Source of the DNA: Gammaproteobacteria bacterium
GTDB lineage: Bacteria; Pseudomonadota; Gammaproteobacteria; Eutrophobiales; Eutrophobiaceae
DNA length: 64,000 bases
NCBI GenBank assembly: GCA_965215365.1
Contig: CBDCDS010000003.1
Span: 320,001-384,000 of the forward strand
Direction: 5' to 3'
How positions within the stretch are numbered: the first letter of the stretch is position 1; every line of letters starts with the position of its first letter. The notes below the pieces were generated by a model. The model was not told the DNA's origin and ran no database searches. It saw only the letters and a program-made list of their open reading frames with translations. Below are positions 28,078-38,143 of this stretch, piece by piece. A program made the position numbers and the translations under genes.

Positions 28078-28240
28078 TCATTGCAGGGGCTGAATCTTGA
28101 ATGGTTCCTCACCGTTCATCACGAGCTTCCAATTTGCTATTAGTTCCTCCTGGTGGAGTTCAGCCCACGCCAGGACCAGCTTGGCCTGCTTGCTCGGCAG
28201 CCTGCCGTAAGTTATTTCACAAGTTTGAATATTCACCTTT
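28078..28240 (-). pseudogene. C-terminal half of a DUF4160-family toxin
   Basis: GRLPSKQAKLVLAWAELHQEELIANW...KIQPL; N-terminal half missing. Confidence 0.75.
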
Positions 28241-28612
28241 GACCTTTTTGGAATCATACGTCCCTGCGCCATAGCTATTGTAAAAATGCCACTCATCTCC
28301 GTCTGTAAAAATAATCATCGGGATACCGCCTTGTCTGGCAGCGTACTCGAAGACCTGCTCTTGGCCTTGTGGAGAACATTTGCCCGGAGCCTTCACCTCC
28401 ATAAAAATTACCGGCTCTCTGGGAGAATGGCAAAGTGCTATATCCACTCTCAAGCTGCGGATGTTATATTCGGGAATAAGATGAACGGGCGATTCCGTAT
28501 CCCAACCCAGTTCCCGTAAAATCGGATAACAAATATGTGACCTTACCAACTCCTCACTGTTGTACGCGCCCGTATCGAAATATTGCTTGATTTTGTTAAT
28601 CAGATTTTCCAT
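28217..28612 (-). pseudogene. Type I restriction HsdR N-terminal-like nuclease, truncated
   Basis: SEELVR, PILRELGWD, PEY, RVDIAL, MEVK, FTDGDEW; fused to the DUF4160 fragment. Confidence 0.7.
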
Positions 28613-28675
28613 TGAACAAGCCGCGCCTCTTTCAGGGAAGAGGTGGCAATGTAACATAATCGCAGTATGAGATAA

Positions 28676-28969
28676 AGAAGTTCCTTATCGGTTATAACGT
28701 ACTTGGCGAGCTCGCGTGTGAATTCCATATCCTTGTCATCTGCGATTGCGCCGCTGGCGCGAATCAAATGCTCAAGTTCTGAACGCTTCATAAATGTGTT
28801 TTCGCTCCTGATGACTGAGAACGCCGGCAAAAGGTGAAGATTGTCTGAGACGAAACGCCTTGTCAGTACAGCTTACGATAAATGCAGCAACGTCCGGCCA
28901 CGAGCGCAACTGAACTCTCATGGTCAAGGTACTGCCCGCCCTTCGCAGAAAGCAGACTGCTTTACAAAA
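28676..28969 (-). pseudogene. Doubly deleted copy of the DUF6036 module
   Basis: Colinear with 25867-26854 but lacking about 327 bp and about 365 bp. Confidence 0.88.
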
Positions 28970-29008
28970 AGGCGTAATATCGAATATTATAGATTCAATA
29001 TTACGCCT
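28970..29008. repeat. 16-bp inverted repeat (1 mismatch) upstream of AAA-DUF4143 gene
   Basis: AGGCGTAATATCGAAT-ATTATAG-ATTCAATATTACGCCT. Confidence 0.9.
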
Positions 29009-29020
29009 ATTATTGAATCT

Positions 29021-30277
29021 ATGCGTTCCCGATCCCTGCTTCCACTGTTGCGCGCACTGGCCACCGAGTCATCCTTGGGGCGTATTGTGGTATTGACCGG
29101 GGCGCGCCAGACCGGCAAAACCACGTTGGCCCAGCGCGGGTTTCCTGAATATACCTACCTGTCACTGGAAGACCCCGTAACCCGACCCGAATACTGCGCG
29201 CTCAGCGCCGCACAATGGCGCGCCGGTTATCCGCTGGCAATATTGGACGAAGTGCAAAAAGCGCCGAGCCTGATCGAGTCGGTCAAGGCGGCTTACGATG
29301 CCTGGCCTGAGGTGCGCTATCTGTTGCTCGGTTCCAGCCAGATACTGCTGCTGGAGAAAGTGCGTGAAAGTCTGGCCGGGCGCGCCGCCCTGGTGGAACT
29401 GTATCCGCTGACACTGCCGGAAATGTTGACGGAGGGTTGGCGTAACCCGGTGCCGGAATCACGTTTTATTACCTGGTTGAGAAGTGGCGCCAGGACAGCT
29501 TTTACGGGCATTCCAAGGGCCGAAACCGGTCATGCCCGCAGTGAGCTTGCGTTTCGGCAATATCTCCAATTCGGCGCCATGCCCGCGGTTGCGGCAGGTG
29601 AGTTGAACGAACCCGAACGCTATGATTGGTTAAGCGCCTATGTGCGCACTTACCTGCAAAGAGACTTGCGCGATCTTGCCAATTTGCGCGACCTGACTCC
29701 TTTTGCTCGAGCCCAGAAAAGCCTCGCCGGCCTGACCGGACAGCTGCTCAATATCAGTGAGCTAAGTCGCCTTGCCGGCATCACTGCACCCACGGCCAAA
29801 CGCTTTATTCAGTATCTTGACCTCAGTTATCAGGTCATATTGCTTGAACCCTGGTCTCGTAACCTTGGCAAGCGTCTGGTTAAGGCGCCCAAGTTACATT
29901 TTCTCGACCCGGGCATTCAGCGCAGCCTGCTGCAACGCCGCGGCGAGCTTACCGGCGCCGAGTACGAGAGCGCCGTGGTTGCCGAGATTTTCAAACAACT
30001 GAAAAACAGTCGTTTACCTGTGAGTTGCCATCACCTGCGCACGGCTGACGGTCGTGAAGTGGACTTACTATTGGAATTGGAGACGGGTTTTGTACCAATT
30101 GAAATCAAACAGACCACGCATGCATCAGCAAGCGCTGCGCGCCATCTGAAACGACTAGAAGACATCTTGGACAAACCCGTACTTCATGCCCTGCTCGTAT
30201 CCAACGACCCCCAAATTCGCAGCTTGGGGGATAATATTACTGCGGTTCCAGCACCTTGGTTATTAGCGTTTCAGTGA
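29021..30277 (+). CDS. AAA_14-DUF4143 ATPase with PD-(D/E)XK-like tail
   Basis: GARQTGKTT, LDEVQ, ESLAGR, KAPKLHFLDPG, EVDLLL...IEIK. Confidence 0.88.
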   Translation: MRSRSLLPLLRALATESSLGRIVVLTGARQTGKTTLAQRGFPEYTYLSLEDPVTRPEYCALSAAQWRAGYPLAILDEVQKAPSLIESVKAAYDAWPEVRYLLLGSSQILLLEKVRESLAGRAALVELYPLTLPEMLTEGWRNPVPESRFITWLRSGARTAFTGIPRAETGHARSELAFRQYLQFGAMPAVAAGELNEPERYDWLSAYVRTYLQRDLRDLANLRDLTPFARAQKSLAGLTGQLLNISELSRLAGITAPTAKRFIQYLDLSYQVILLEPWSRNLGKRLVKAPKLHFLDPGIQRSLLQRRGELTGAEYESAVVAEIFKQLKNSRLPVSCHHLRTADGREVDLLLELETGFVPIEIKQTTHASASAARHLKRLEDILDKPVLHALLVSNDPQIRSLGDNITAVPAPWLLAFQ

Positions 30278-30333
30278 CTACTCGCGTTAGAATGGTCTTC
30301 TCAAACCATATCGAGCAACCTCGGGAGCACAAC

Positions 30334-31341
30334 ATGAAAGCAGTGGTACTGGCAGAACTTGGCGGGCCGGATAATCTGGCAATCAAAGAGGTGGATACGC
30401 CCGAACCAGGGCCAGGCGAAGTACGGGTGAAACTGCACAATTCCGCCCTTAACCGGCGCGACTACTGGATGACCGTCGGCAGGTATCCGCGCACCAGCCT
30501 GCCTTGCATTGCCGGTTCCGACGGAGCCGGCACTATTGATGCCGTGGGTGCGGGCGTTGATGACGGAATGACGGGCAGGGAAGTAGTGGTATATCCGGCG
30601 CGGGAGTGGGGTGACAGCGAGCTCGCGTTCGGACCGCATTTTCGGGTACTGGGCATGCCCGATCAGGGCACGTTTGCCGAATATATCTGCTGCCCGGCAA
30701 CAGACGTGTATGACAAACCCGCGCACCTGGGCTGGGAGCAGGCGGCCGCGACACCGCTGGCTGGCCTCACCGCCTGGCGCGCCGTCGTCACCCAGGCGCA
30801 GGTGCAGGCCGGACAGACGGTACTGGTGACCGGTGCCGGTAGTGGCGTGTCCACCTTCGCCATCCAGTGGGCCGCCGGGCTCGGCGCCGAGGTCTATGTA
30901 ACCAGTGGGTCGCAAGAGAAAATCGAAAAAGCCCGGGCTATCGGCGCCGTTGGTGGCATCAGCTACCGGCAACGCGACTATCATAAAACCCTGAGCAAGC
31001 AGGCCGGCGGCTTTAACGCCATCATCGACAGCGCCGGTGGGGACGACATGAATAACCTGCTAGGTACCCTGAGGCCTGCCGGACGGTTCGTATTCTTCGG
31101 CGCTACCATGGGTATCCCCGCAACCGGACTGGAACTGCCGAGGCTGTTTTTTAACCAGACTCGCATACAGGGAACGATGATGGGCTCTAATGCCGAGTTC
31201 AAAGCCATGCTGGATTTTGTCAGTGACAGGAAGGTCGAGCCGGTCGTGGACCGGGTGTTGCCCATGAACGAAGCGGTGGCCGCGCATAAACTGCTGGAAA
31301 CGTTCGGGCAGACCGGCAAGGTCGTTTTGCAAAACAGTTGA
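30334..31341 (+). CDS. MDR-family oxidoreductase (quinone reductase-like)
   Basis: GSDGAG, VTGAGSGV, GKVVL; GGAG RBS. Confidence 0.88.
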   Translation: MKAVVLAELGGPDNLAIKEVDTPEPGPGEVRVKLHNSALNRRDYWMTVGRYPRTSLPCIAGSDGAGTIDAVGAGVDDGMTGREVVVYPAREWGDSELAFGPHFRVLGMPDQGTFAEYICCPATDVYDKPAHLGWEQAAATPLAGLTAWRAVVTQAQVQAGQTVLVTGAGSGVSTFAIQWAAGLGAEVYVTSGSQEKIEKARAIGAVGGISYRQRDYHKTLSKQAGGFNAIIDSAGGDDMNNLLGTLRPAGRFVFFGATMGIPATGLELPRLFFNQTRIQGTMMGSNAEFKAMLDFVSDRKVEPVVDRVLPMNEAVAAHKLLETFGQTGKVVLQNS

Positions 31342-31415
31342 CATTTCAGGGTTGCAGTGATGAGGCTGGCAATCCCTCGTCATAGCAGCCGCTCTTCTGC
31401 CGTCCGTTGTGATAC

Positions 31416-31508
31416 TGTAAAACTCGTATTAAGCTCTTGTAAAACTCGTATTAAGCTCTTGTAAAACTCGTATTAAGCTCTTGTAAAACTCGTATTAAGC
31501 TGTAAAAT
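31416..31508 (+). repeat. 22-bp tandem repeat, about 4 copies, upstream of AAA-DUF4143 gene
   Basis: TGTAAAACTCGTATTAAGCTCT at 31416, 31438, 31460, partial at 31482, ending in TAAAAT. Confidence 0.96.
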
Positions 31509-31515
31509 ACAGTCC

Positions 31516-32769
31516 ATGTACGACAGGTTTTTACAAACATCACTGGAGGAACTGCTCAGGGAGTTCCGCGTGGTTTATCTCACCGGCCCCAGACAGTCGG
31601 GCAAGACCACGCTGGCGCGCGCCGTTGCCGAACAAGCCGCAATGGATTATGTCACCTTGGATGATCAAACGCTGCTGGCGACCGTCCTGTCGGACCCGCA
31701 TGGTTTCGTGCGCTCACTGGAGGACAGGAAGATCGTGCTCGATGAGTTCCAATATGCTCCGACATTGATACCTGCCATCAAGGAAGCATCAGACCGGTTG
31801 GCTCCTGAGGCAAGAGGCAAATTCCTGTTGACGGGGTCCACGGATATATTTCGTTCTGCACAGGCTCAGGAAGCGCTGCCGGGGCACCTGGCGCGCCTAG
31901 AACTGTATCCGCTGTCTGTTGCCGAAGTGCAGGGCACCCGCCGGAATATTATCGATTACCTGTTGGCGGGGGAGTTTCAATCATGTAGTGCCCCCTTCAT
32001 CAGTCGGCAACAACTTGCCGGGTGGCTGCTGCGTGGCGGCTATCCGGAAGTCATGGACAAAAGCGCCCGCGGCAGGCAGGTGTGGTTCAAATCCTATATG
32101 GAAGGCCGGCTGTATAAGGATTTCGAAAACCTGTACGCAGCGCGTGGCGATTACCACTCGAAGCTGCGCGCTATGGCACCTTATCTCGCGGGCTTAAGCG
32201 GCAACTTGTTGAAATACGCCAATCTTGCCAATGATCTGGAACTGAATGACAAACTGGTGAAGGACTATATCGAAATTCTCGAGTTGATGTTTATTATTCA
32301 GCGGCTCCCGGCCTGGCTGAAAAATCGGGCGAAGCGAATGGCGACGCGCATGCCGAAAATTCATTTTGTCGATACTGGTCTGGCCTGCCATTTGCTGGGC
32401 TTGCGCAACGAACGGCAGTTGCTGCAAAGCCAGTACTACGGAGGCCTGCTGGAGAACATGGTGTATATGGAATGCGTTAAACAGGCCTGCTGGGCCGGGG
32501 AGGATGTTCGCCTGCACCACTTTCGCGATCAGCGGCAGCATGAGGTGGATATAGTGCTGGAACGCGCTGATACGACCGTTATCGGTATTGAAGTCAAGGC
32601 CTCTGCCAGCGTAACCGCGGGTGATTTCAAGGGCTTGGCGGTACTGGCAGAACTGGCCGGCGCGCAGTTCGAGCGCGGCGTCCTGTTTTACACAGGCCAG
32701 GAAGTACTGCCGTTTCGCTACCGGAATATGATTTTCCACGCGTTGCCGCTGGGCTTGTTGTTATGGTAA
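31516..32769 (+). CDS. AAA_14-DUF4143 ATPase with PD-(D/E)XK-like tail
   Basis: GPRQSGKTT, LDEFQ, GGYP, PKIHFVDTG, EVDIVL...IEVK. Confidence 0.88.
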   Translation: MYDRFLQTSLEELLREFRVVYLTGPRQSGKTTLARAVAEQAAMDYVTLDDQTLLATVLSDPHGFVRSLEDRKIVLDEFQYAPTLIPAIKEASDRLAPEARGKFLLTGSTDIFRSAQAQEALPGHLARLELYPLSVAEVQGTRRNIIDYLLAGEFQSCSAPFISRQQLAGWLLRGGYPEVMDKSARGRQVWFKSYMEGRLYKDFENLYAARGDYHSKLRAMAPYLAGLSGNLLKYANLANDLELNDKLVKDYIEILELMFIIQRLPAWLKNRAKRMATRMPKIHFVDTGLACHLLGLRNERQLLQSQYYGGLLENMVYMECVKQACWAGEDVRLHHFRDQRQHEVDIVLERADTTVIGIEVKASASVTAGDFKGLAVLAELAGAQFERGVLFYTGQEVLPFRYRNMIFHALPLGLLLW

Positions 32770-32931
32770 CCTCTAAAAATACCCTTGCGGTCAGGTACCA
32801 GCCCGCATACCTCGCCGATTGTTCCCGCTGACCTCGCTAAGTCACTTGTTACCATCTGCACTAACAGGATATACTTCAGGTTACTTTTTTCCGTTTTTGG
32901 CAAAAAAGGCACAACCTGATTTTATATTTTC

Positions 32932-34320
32932 ATGCGAGCTAATCGTTGCGATTGCGTAATATCTGTGGCGTCAGTCGTGCTCTTTATGCTGGCGCCGCTG
33001 CCGACGCTGGCAGATGACCCACCGCCGCTTGAGTTAACACTGCAAGAAACGCTCGATCTGGCGCTGCAGAACAATCGACCGTTGCTCAACCGACGCCTGG
33101 ACCGGGAAGTAGAGCGCTTCTCGCTGGAAGTGACGGAGGATCGTTGGACGCCCCAGGCCACCATCCGTCCCTTCGCCCGTAAGGATCGACAGGATCACCA
33201 GACGGGTGTCAGCAGCCAGCTCAGCCTGCGCGTGCCGACCGGTGGTCAGTTCAGCCTGAGCTGGGACGAAAGAATGTCCGGTCAGTTCGGCAGTTCCCGG
33301 TCACAGGCATTGAGCTTTAACCAACCGTTGCTGCGGGGCGCCTGGATTGACATTGAGACGGCGCCGGTGCGTCAGGCCCGGCTGGGAGAAAAAGTCAGTA
33401 TTCTCTCTTTCCGGCAGGCACTGGAGAGCCTGATCATCTCGGTGATTGGCGCTTATCGCGCGCTCATCGGTTCGGGGCGGCAGGTGGAAATTGCCGAGAC
33501 CGCACTGCTGCGCGCCCGTGAGCAGCTGCAGGCCACGCGCGCGCTGATACGCGCCGGGCGCGTGGCGACGCGTGAAGCGGTGCGCGCAGAAGTGACCGTA
33601 GCCAACCGGGAGCTGTCCTTGACCCAGGCCCAGAACCGTCTGGATGCCACGAATTTCCGCCTGCTCGACATCTTGGAACTGGACAGTACAGTGCGCATCC
33701 AGCCGCTGGAAAAACTGCGGGCGGAGCCGATCCACCCCGTGTTCGAGGCGGTATTCGAAGAGGCCTTGCGCAAACGCCCGGACTATCTGCAAGCCGGCAT
33801 AGCCATCGACGCGGCCCACATTAACCTGGCGGTGGCGAAAAACAATCTGTTGCCGGATCTGTCCCTGGGAGTTAATTTGAGTGATAGTGACTCGGGACGC
33901 GGCGATGTGCAGGTGCAGCTGAATCTGGCTGTTCCCTTCAACGAACGTTCCCGCGACGTGAACCACATGCGTGCGCGCAACAACCTGCTCAAGGCTGAGA
34001 GAAACCAGGTGGAGCTGCGCACGGCTATTGAAGTGGCGGTGCGGCAGGCTGTGAATGACGTTGCCGTCGGATTGCGCCTGACGGAGCTGGCGCGCGGCGC
34101 GCGCGAGCTGGCAGAACAGAACTTAACTATTGAGCGTGAGAAATTCAACAATGGGTTATCGTCGTCCTTTGAGGTATCGGCTTCCGAGGACGAGCTGGTG
34201 AGTGCGGAACAGGCCGAAGTAAACTCAATCATTGCCTACCTCGATGTGCTGATACGGCTCGACCAGACCGCCGGCCGCACTTTGGAAAGTTGGGGCATTG
34301 CCGCGGAGAATTTGCCATGA
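32932..34320 (+). CDS. TolC-family outer membrane channel
   Basis: Signal peptide, LTLQETLDLALQNN, OEP helical repeats. Confidence 0.85.
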   Translation: MRANRCDCVISVASVVLFMLAPLPTLADDPPPLELTLQETLDLALQNNRPLLNRRLDREVERFSLEVTEDRWTPQATIRPFARKDRQDHQTGVSSQLSLRVPTGGQFSLSWDERMSGQFGSSRSQALSFNQPLLRGAWIDIETAPVRQARLGEKVSILSFRQALESLIISVIGAYRALIGSGRQVEIAETALLRAREQLQATRALIRAGRVATREAVRAEVTVANRELSLTQAQNRLDATNFRLLDILELDSTVRIQPLEKLRAEPIHPVFEAVFEEALRKRPDYLQAGIAIDAAHINLAVAKNNLLPDLSLGVNLSDSDSGRGDVQVQLNLAVPFNERSRDVNHMRARNNLLKAERNQVELRTAIEVAVRQAVNDVAVGLRLTELARGARELAEQNLTIEREKFNNGLSSSFEVSASEDELVSAEQAEVNSIIAYLDVLIRLDQTAGRTLESWGIAAENLP

Positions 34321-36095
34321 CAACATCTGAGCCCCGGGATATTTACCGCACCTTGCTGGAGAACCTGACCGACGGCGTGATGGTGGTCGATGCCGATGGG
34401 ACTGTGCGCCTTGCCAATCCCGCCCTGTGCCAGATATTCGGACTCAGCGCCGCAGAGGCGGTCGGGCGTGCTTTTGGGGAGATTTTTGTCACGTTTGAGG
34501 GCTTTGACGACTTCGTCGAGATCGTGCTGGAGGCCATTACCGAGCAGGGCGGCATCAAGCGTCGCGTGGTGAGTGTGCGCAGCGACGACGAAGTGCGCTC
34601 GTTGTCGGTAACAACCTCGTATCTGCTGGCCGGCGACGCGCAACAGACCGGGCAGGCCGCAGTGATTGCCGTGGTCGCGGACATTACCGAAGTCAAGGAG
34701 CTGCGCGAAGCCGAGCTGCGTATGGCCAGCGTGGTGGAGGAACAGCTTGCCGAGTTGCAAGTGGCTTACCGGGATATCGAGACCCGCAACGACGACCTGT
34801 CGCTGATGATGAAGCGGGTGCAGACCACGCGTGGCATGGCGGCGGTGCTGGTGGTCGGGGCATTTCTGATCATTGGCGGCTGGTACCTGCAGCCACTGGA
34901 CTGGTTCGGCGATAACGCTGCCGCGCCGGTTCAATCCGGTACCGAGTCCGTTGACCCGCAGTCGCTGCCGACTCGGGTGGTCGAACCCAGCGAGTTTCGC
35001 TCGACGCTGTCGCTACTTGGCCGTCTGGAGCCGGGCCATGTTGAAAAGATCGTCAGTCCGGTCGAGGGCCACATCAGCACGGTGCACGTCAGTCGCGGCC
35101 AGCGGGTGGCAGCCGGCGACCCGTTGGTCGAGCTTGATACCGGCCAGCTCGCCATGGAGCATCGGCGCGCACAGGTTGAGCAGATCCAGGCGCGTAACCG
35201 GCTGAGCGAGCTCGAGGACTGGGACCGCGGCGCCGAGATGACGCGCTCCCGGCGCGCGCTGCGACGCGCCAAAATAGCAGTGGATGAAGCGCAGAATGAG
35301 CTTAAGGAAACCACGTTCCTGCTGGAGCAGGGAATCGTCCCGGCGTCCCAACACAAGCAGGCGCAACAGCGCTACCAGAGCAGTCAACTGGACTACGAGG
35401 AGGCTGAACGGCAACTGCAGGCGACGCAGGAAAAGGGCAATGAAGAAGCCCGGCAGGTGGCGCGCCTGGAGTTTGAGAACGCCAGTAGCCGCTTGCAGGA
35501 GCACGAGGACAAACTGGGTCTGGCCACGATCAAAGCGCCGCTGGCCGGGGCGGTCATCATCAGTGACGATGCGCGCGGCAAACCGCTGGAAAAAGGCCGC
35601 CCGGTGTCACAGGGAGAATTGCTGTTAAGCATCGCCGACCTAGAGCGCTTCGCGGCACAGACCAGTGTTGATGAGGTAAACGTAAGCAAGGTTGAGGTGG
35701 GTCAACAGGCTTTGATCACCGGCCCCGGATTTCCCGGCGCGCAAATCGACGGAGCGGTTACGCAGGTGTCCGCGCGCGCGGCCAGGGCGCAGCGCAACAC
35801 CCCGCAATTCGAGGTGACGGTGGGCATGGCACGGGTGCCGCCGGCAATCCGTGCGCAGTTGCGTGTCGGCATGACTGCGCACATCACTATCGTTGTGTAC
35901 AGTGACCCGGAGGCATTATTGGTTCCGCTCGCTGCAGTCAGTCATGCCGATGGCGCCAACTGGTTGCAGGTTATCGATAGCAACACCGGCTCGGCGCAGC
36001 GGCGTCAGGTCGAACTTGGCCGCACCACCATCGATTCGGTCGAAGTGCTGCAAGGGCTTGCAGCCGGCGAGAAAATCATCGCGATGTCACAATGA
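34317..36095 (+). CDS. PAS-domain-fused periplasmic adaptor (MacA-like)
   Basis: N-terminal PAS (LLENLTDGVMVVDADG..ANPA..IFG), coiled coil, TM, lipoyl half-motifs (SPVEG..GQRVAAGDPL; IKAPLAG), VLQGLAAGE. Confidence 0.82.
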   Translation: MTTSEPRDIYRTLLENLTDGVMVVDADGTVRLANPALCQIFGLSAAEAVGRAFGEIFVTFEGFDDFVEIVLEAITEQGGIKRRVVSVRSDDEVRSLSVTTSYLLAGDAQQTGQAAVIAVVADITEVKELREAELRMASVVEEQLAELQVAYRDIETRNDDLSLMMKRVQTTRGMAAVLVVGAFLIIGGWYLQPLDWFGDNAAAPVQSGTESVDPQSLPTRVVEPSEFRSTLSLLGRLEPGHVEKIVSPVEGHISTVHVSRGQRVAAGDPLVELDTGQLAMEHRRAQVEQIQARNRLSELEDWDRGAEMTRSRRALRRAKIAVDEAQNELKETTFLLEQGIVPASQHKQAQQRYQSSQLDYEEAERQLQATQEKGNEEARQVARLEFENASSRLQEHEDKLGLATIKAPLAGAVIISDDARGKPLEKGRPVSQGELLLSIADLERFAAQTSVDEVNVSKVEVGQQALITGPGFPGAQIDGAVTQVSARAARAQRNTPQFEVTVGMARVPPAIRAQLRVGMTAHITIVVYSDPEALLVPLAAVSHADGANWLQVIDSNTGSAQRRQVELGRTTIDSVEVLQGLAAGEKIIAMSQ

Positions 36096-36164
36096 CCGCA
36101 TTCCGCTCATCCCGCCAAGTCCCTTGTCGCGGTCTGCAACACTGCCGCCGGCAGGCGCCCCGTC

Positions 36165-36914
36165 ATGCTGCATCTGGTTGATGTGCGCAAGTCCTACCGG
36201 GCCGGGCCGACCACCAGGGAAGTCCTGCAAGGCATCGACCTGAAGGTCGGCGCCGGCGACCTGATATCGATCATGGGGGCTTCGGGCAGCGGTAAAACCA
36301 CGCTGATGAATCTCATCGGTCTGCTCGACCGTCCCACCTCCGGTGCCTGTTTCCTGAATGAACGCGATGTCTCCAGGCTGGCGGATGACGAGCTGTCGGC
36401 CCTGCGTAATGCCCACATCGGGTTTGTATTCCAGTCGTTTCACCTGTTGCCGCGGCTGACGGCCATTGAGAATGTGTGTCTGCCACTCGTGTACCGGGGG
36501 CTGCGGCGCGCGGACATGCAGCAGCGGGCGCAAGCCATGCTGGCGGGCGTCGGCATGGCGGACTGGAGTCAGCAGCGCCCCGGGCAACTTTCAGGCGGCC
36601 AGAAACAACGGGTTGCCATCGCCCGCGCGCTGGTGGGAGAGCCGGCGCTGCTGCTTGCCGACGAGCCTACCGGTGCCCTAGACGCAGATACCGCCGCCGA
36701 GGTTATGGCGTTACTGCTGGAGCTGAACGAGCAACAGGGGGTGACCATCCTGATCATCACCCATGACCCGTCGGTTGCGCGCCGCTGTAAGCGTCGGCTG
36801 CGTATCAGCAAGGGGGTGTTACTGGAAACAGAGCGCCATCAGGTTGCCGGCGCCCATGCCGAGCGGCCGGAGCCGGAAGCGACTGACGCGGCCATGGCGG
36901 ACTTGCAAGCATGA
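36165..36914 (+). CDS. ABC ATPase (MacB/LolD type)
   Basis: GASGSGKTT, LSGGQKQRVAIARAL, ADEPTG. Confidence 0.92.
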   Translation: MLHLVDVRKSYRAGPTTREVLQGIDLKVGAGDLISIMGASGSGKTTLMNLIGLLDRPTSGACFLNERDVSRLADDELSALRNAHIGFVFQSFHLLPRLTAIENVCLPLVYRGLRRADMQQRAQAMLAGVGMADWSQQRPGQLSGGQKQRVAIARALVGEPALLLADEPTGALDADTAAEVMALLLELNEQQGVTILIITHDPSVARRCKRRLRISKGVLLETERHQVAGAHAERPEPEATDAAMADLQA

Positions 36915-38143
36915 CATCCCGCGCCGGGGCGCTGTCCAGACTGCTGGCAGTCCTGCGTGGTAATGCCCGGGAAGCGATTGATAGCCTGCGCAAGGCGCGC
37001 CTGCGCACCGCACTGGGACTGGTCGGTATCATGATCGGCATCTCCTCCGTCATCACCATGGTGTCCCTAGGCGAGATTGCCAAGGAAATGGCGCGCAAGC
37101 AATTCGAGGCGCTCGGCACCGACATCCTGGTTATTCGGCCATCGTTTGCGGGCTTGACCTCCGGGAGCGGGGCGCTACTCAACCTGTCGGACGCCATGGT
37201 GCTGGCGCCACAGACATCGTCGATTACCATAGCTGCGCCCAGAATCTCAGGCTATGGAAATTTTCTCCATGCCGGCAAGCAAGTCGGCAACGGCAACATG
37301 CAGGGTGTCAGCGCCTCGTTTGCCCGCGTGAACAAGTTATCCCTGCAGCAGGGGCGTTTCATCTCGGACCTGGATGTGGACCGCTACTACTGTGTCATCG
37401 GCGCCGGCATTGCCGAGGCGATGCGCGCCGCCGGCGTCTATCAACCCATCGGCCGACTGCTGGAGATTGATAGTACGCTGTTTACCATCGTCGGCGTGTT
37501 GAACGGGATGGTGGAGAATTACGTGTTGCCGATACAGGTGAGCGCCAACGAATCGGTGTTTGTGCCGATTACCACGGCCGGCCGCATCGTCCCCGATGCG
37601 CGCATCGACGTAGTGATCGCCCGTTCAGCCGCAGAAGTTGATTACCGCACCGCAACGGAAGATGTGCGCGCATTCTTCCGCAGCAGGGCGCCCGAACTCG
37701 ATCTCGAGATCATTACCGCGCAGGAATTGATTGCCCGTATGGAAGAACAGATGCAGATTATGACCCTGCTGCTGGGCGCGGTGGGCAGCATCTCCCTGAT
37801 CGTCGGCGGGGTCGGGGTGATGAACATCATGCTGGTATCCGTCGCCGAGCGCCGCCGGGAAATAGCCATCCGCCGCGCGCTGGGCGCGCGCCGGCGCGAC
37901 ATCCAGAGCCAGTTCCTGATCGAATCCGTCATTCTGACGGTGGCAGGCGGCGTGCTGGGCATCATCCTGGGCCTGCTTGCAACCTGGGGCATTTGCCGGT
38001 TTACCGGCTGGGACTACCTTATCTCGACCGTATCCATGGCCAGCGGGCTCGTTACTGCGACAGCCGTCGGCCTGTTCTTCGGTTTCCAGCCGGCCCGTCA
38101 GGCCGCCCGCCTCGACCCGGTGGCCGGTCTGCAAGCGGATTAA
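36911..38143 (+). CDS. MacB/FtsX-type ABC permease
   Basis: GGVGVMNIMLVSVAERRREIAIRRALGA, PARQAARLDP; stop TAA contiguous with a MITE A end. Confidence 0.92.
   Translation: MTSRAGALSRLLAVLRGNAREAIDSLRKARLRTALGLVGIMIGISSVITMVSLGEIAKEMARKQFEALGTDILVIRPSFAGLTSGSGALLNLSDAMVLAPQTSSITIAAPRISGYGNFLHAGKQVGNGNMQGVSASFARVNKLSLQQGRFISDLDVDRYYCVIGAGIAEAMRAAGVYQPIGRLLEIDSTLFTIVGVLNGMVENYVLPIQVSANESVFVPITTAGRIVPDARIDVVIARSAAEVDYRTATEDVRAFFRSRAPELDLEIITAQELIARMEEQMQIMTLLLGAVGSISLIVGGVGVMNIMLVSVAERRREIAIRRALGARRRDIQSQFLIESVILTVAGGVLGIILGLLATWGICRFTGWDYLISTVSMASGLVTATAVGLFFGFQPARQAARLDPVAGLQAD

Noticed and set aside
28841-29020. 60-aa N-terminal extension of the AAA ORF (also long starts for PIN 24805, RidA 61235, ftsW 51641, ftsI 58686)
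   Set aside because: These run through repeats or neighbouring genes; downstream starts fit family N-termini.
31416-31508. CRISPR array
   Set aside because: Head-to-tail 22-bp units with no spacers, and no cas genes in the window.
25047-32800. Integron cassette array or prophage
   Set aside because: No integrase, attC-like repeats or phage genes recognised.
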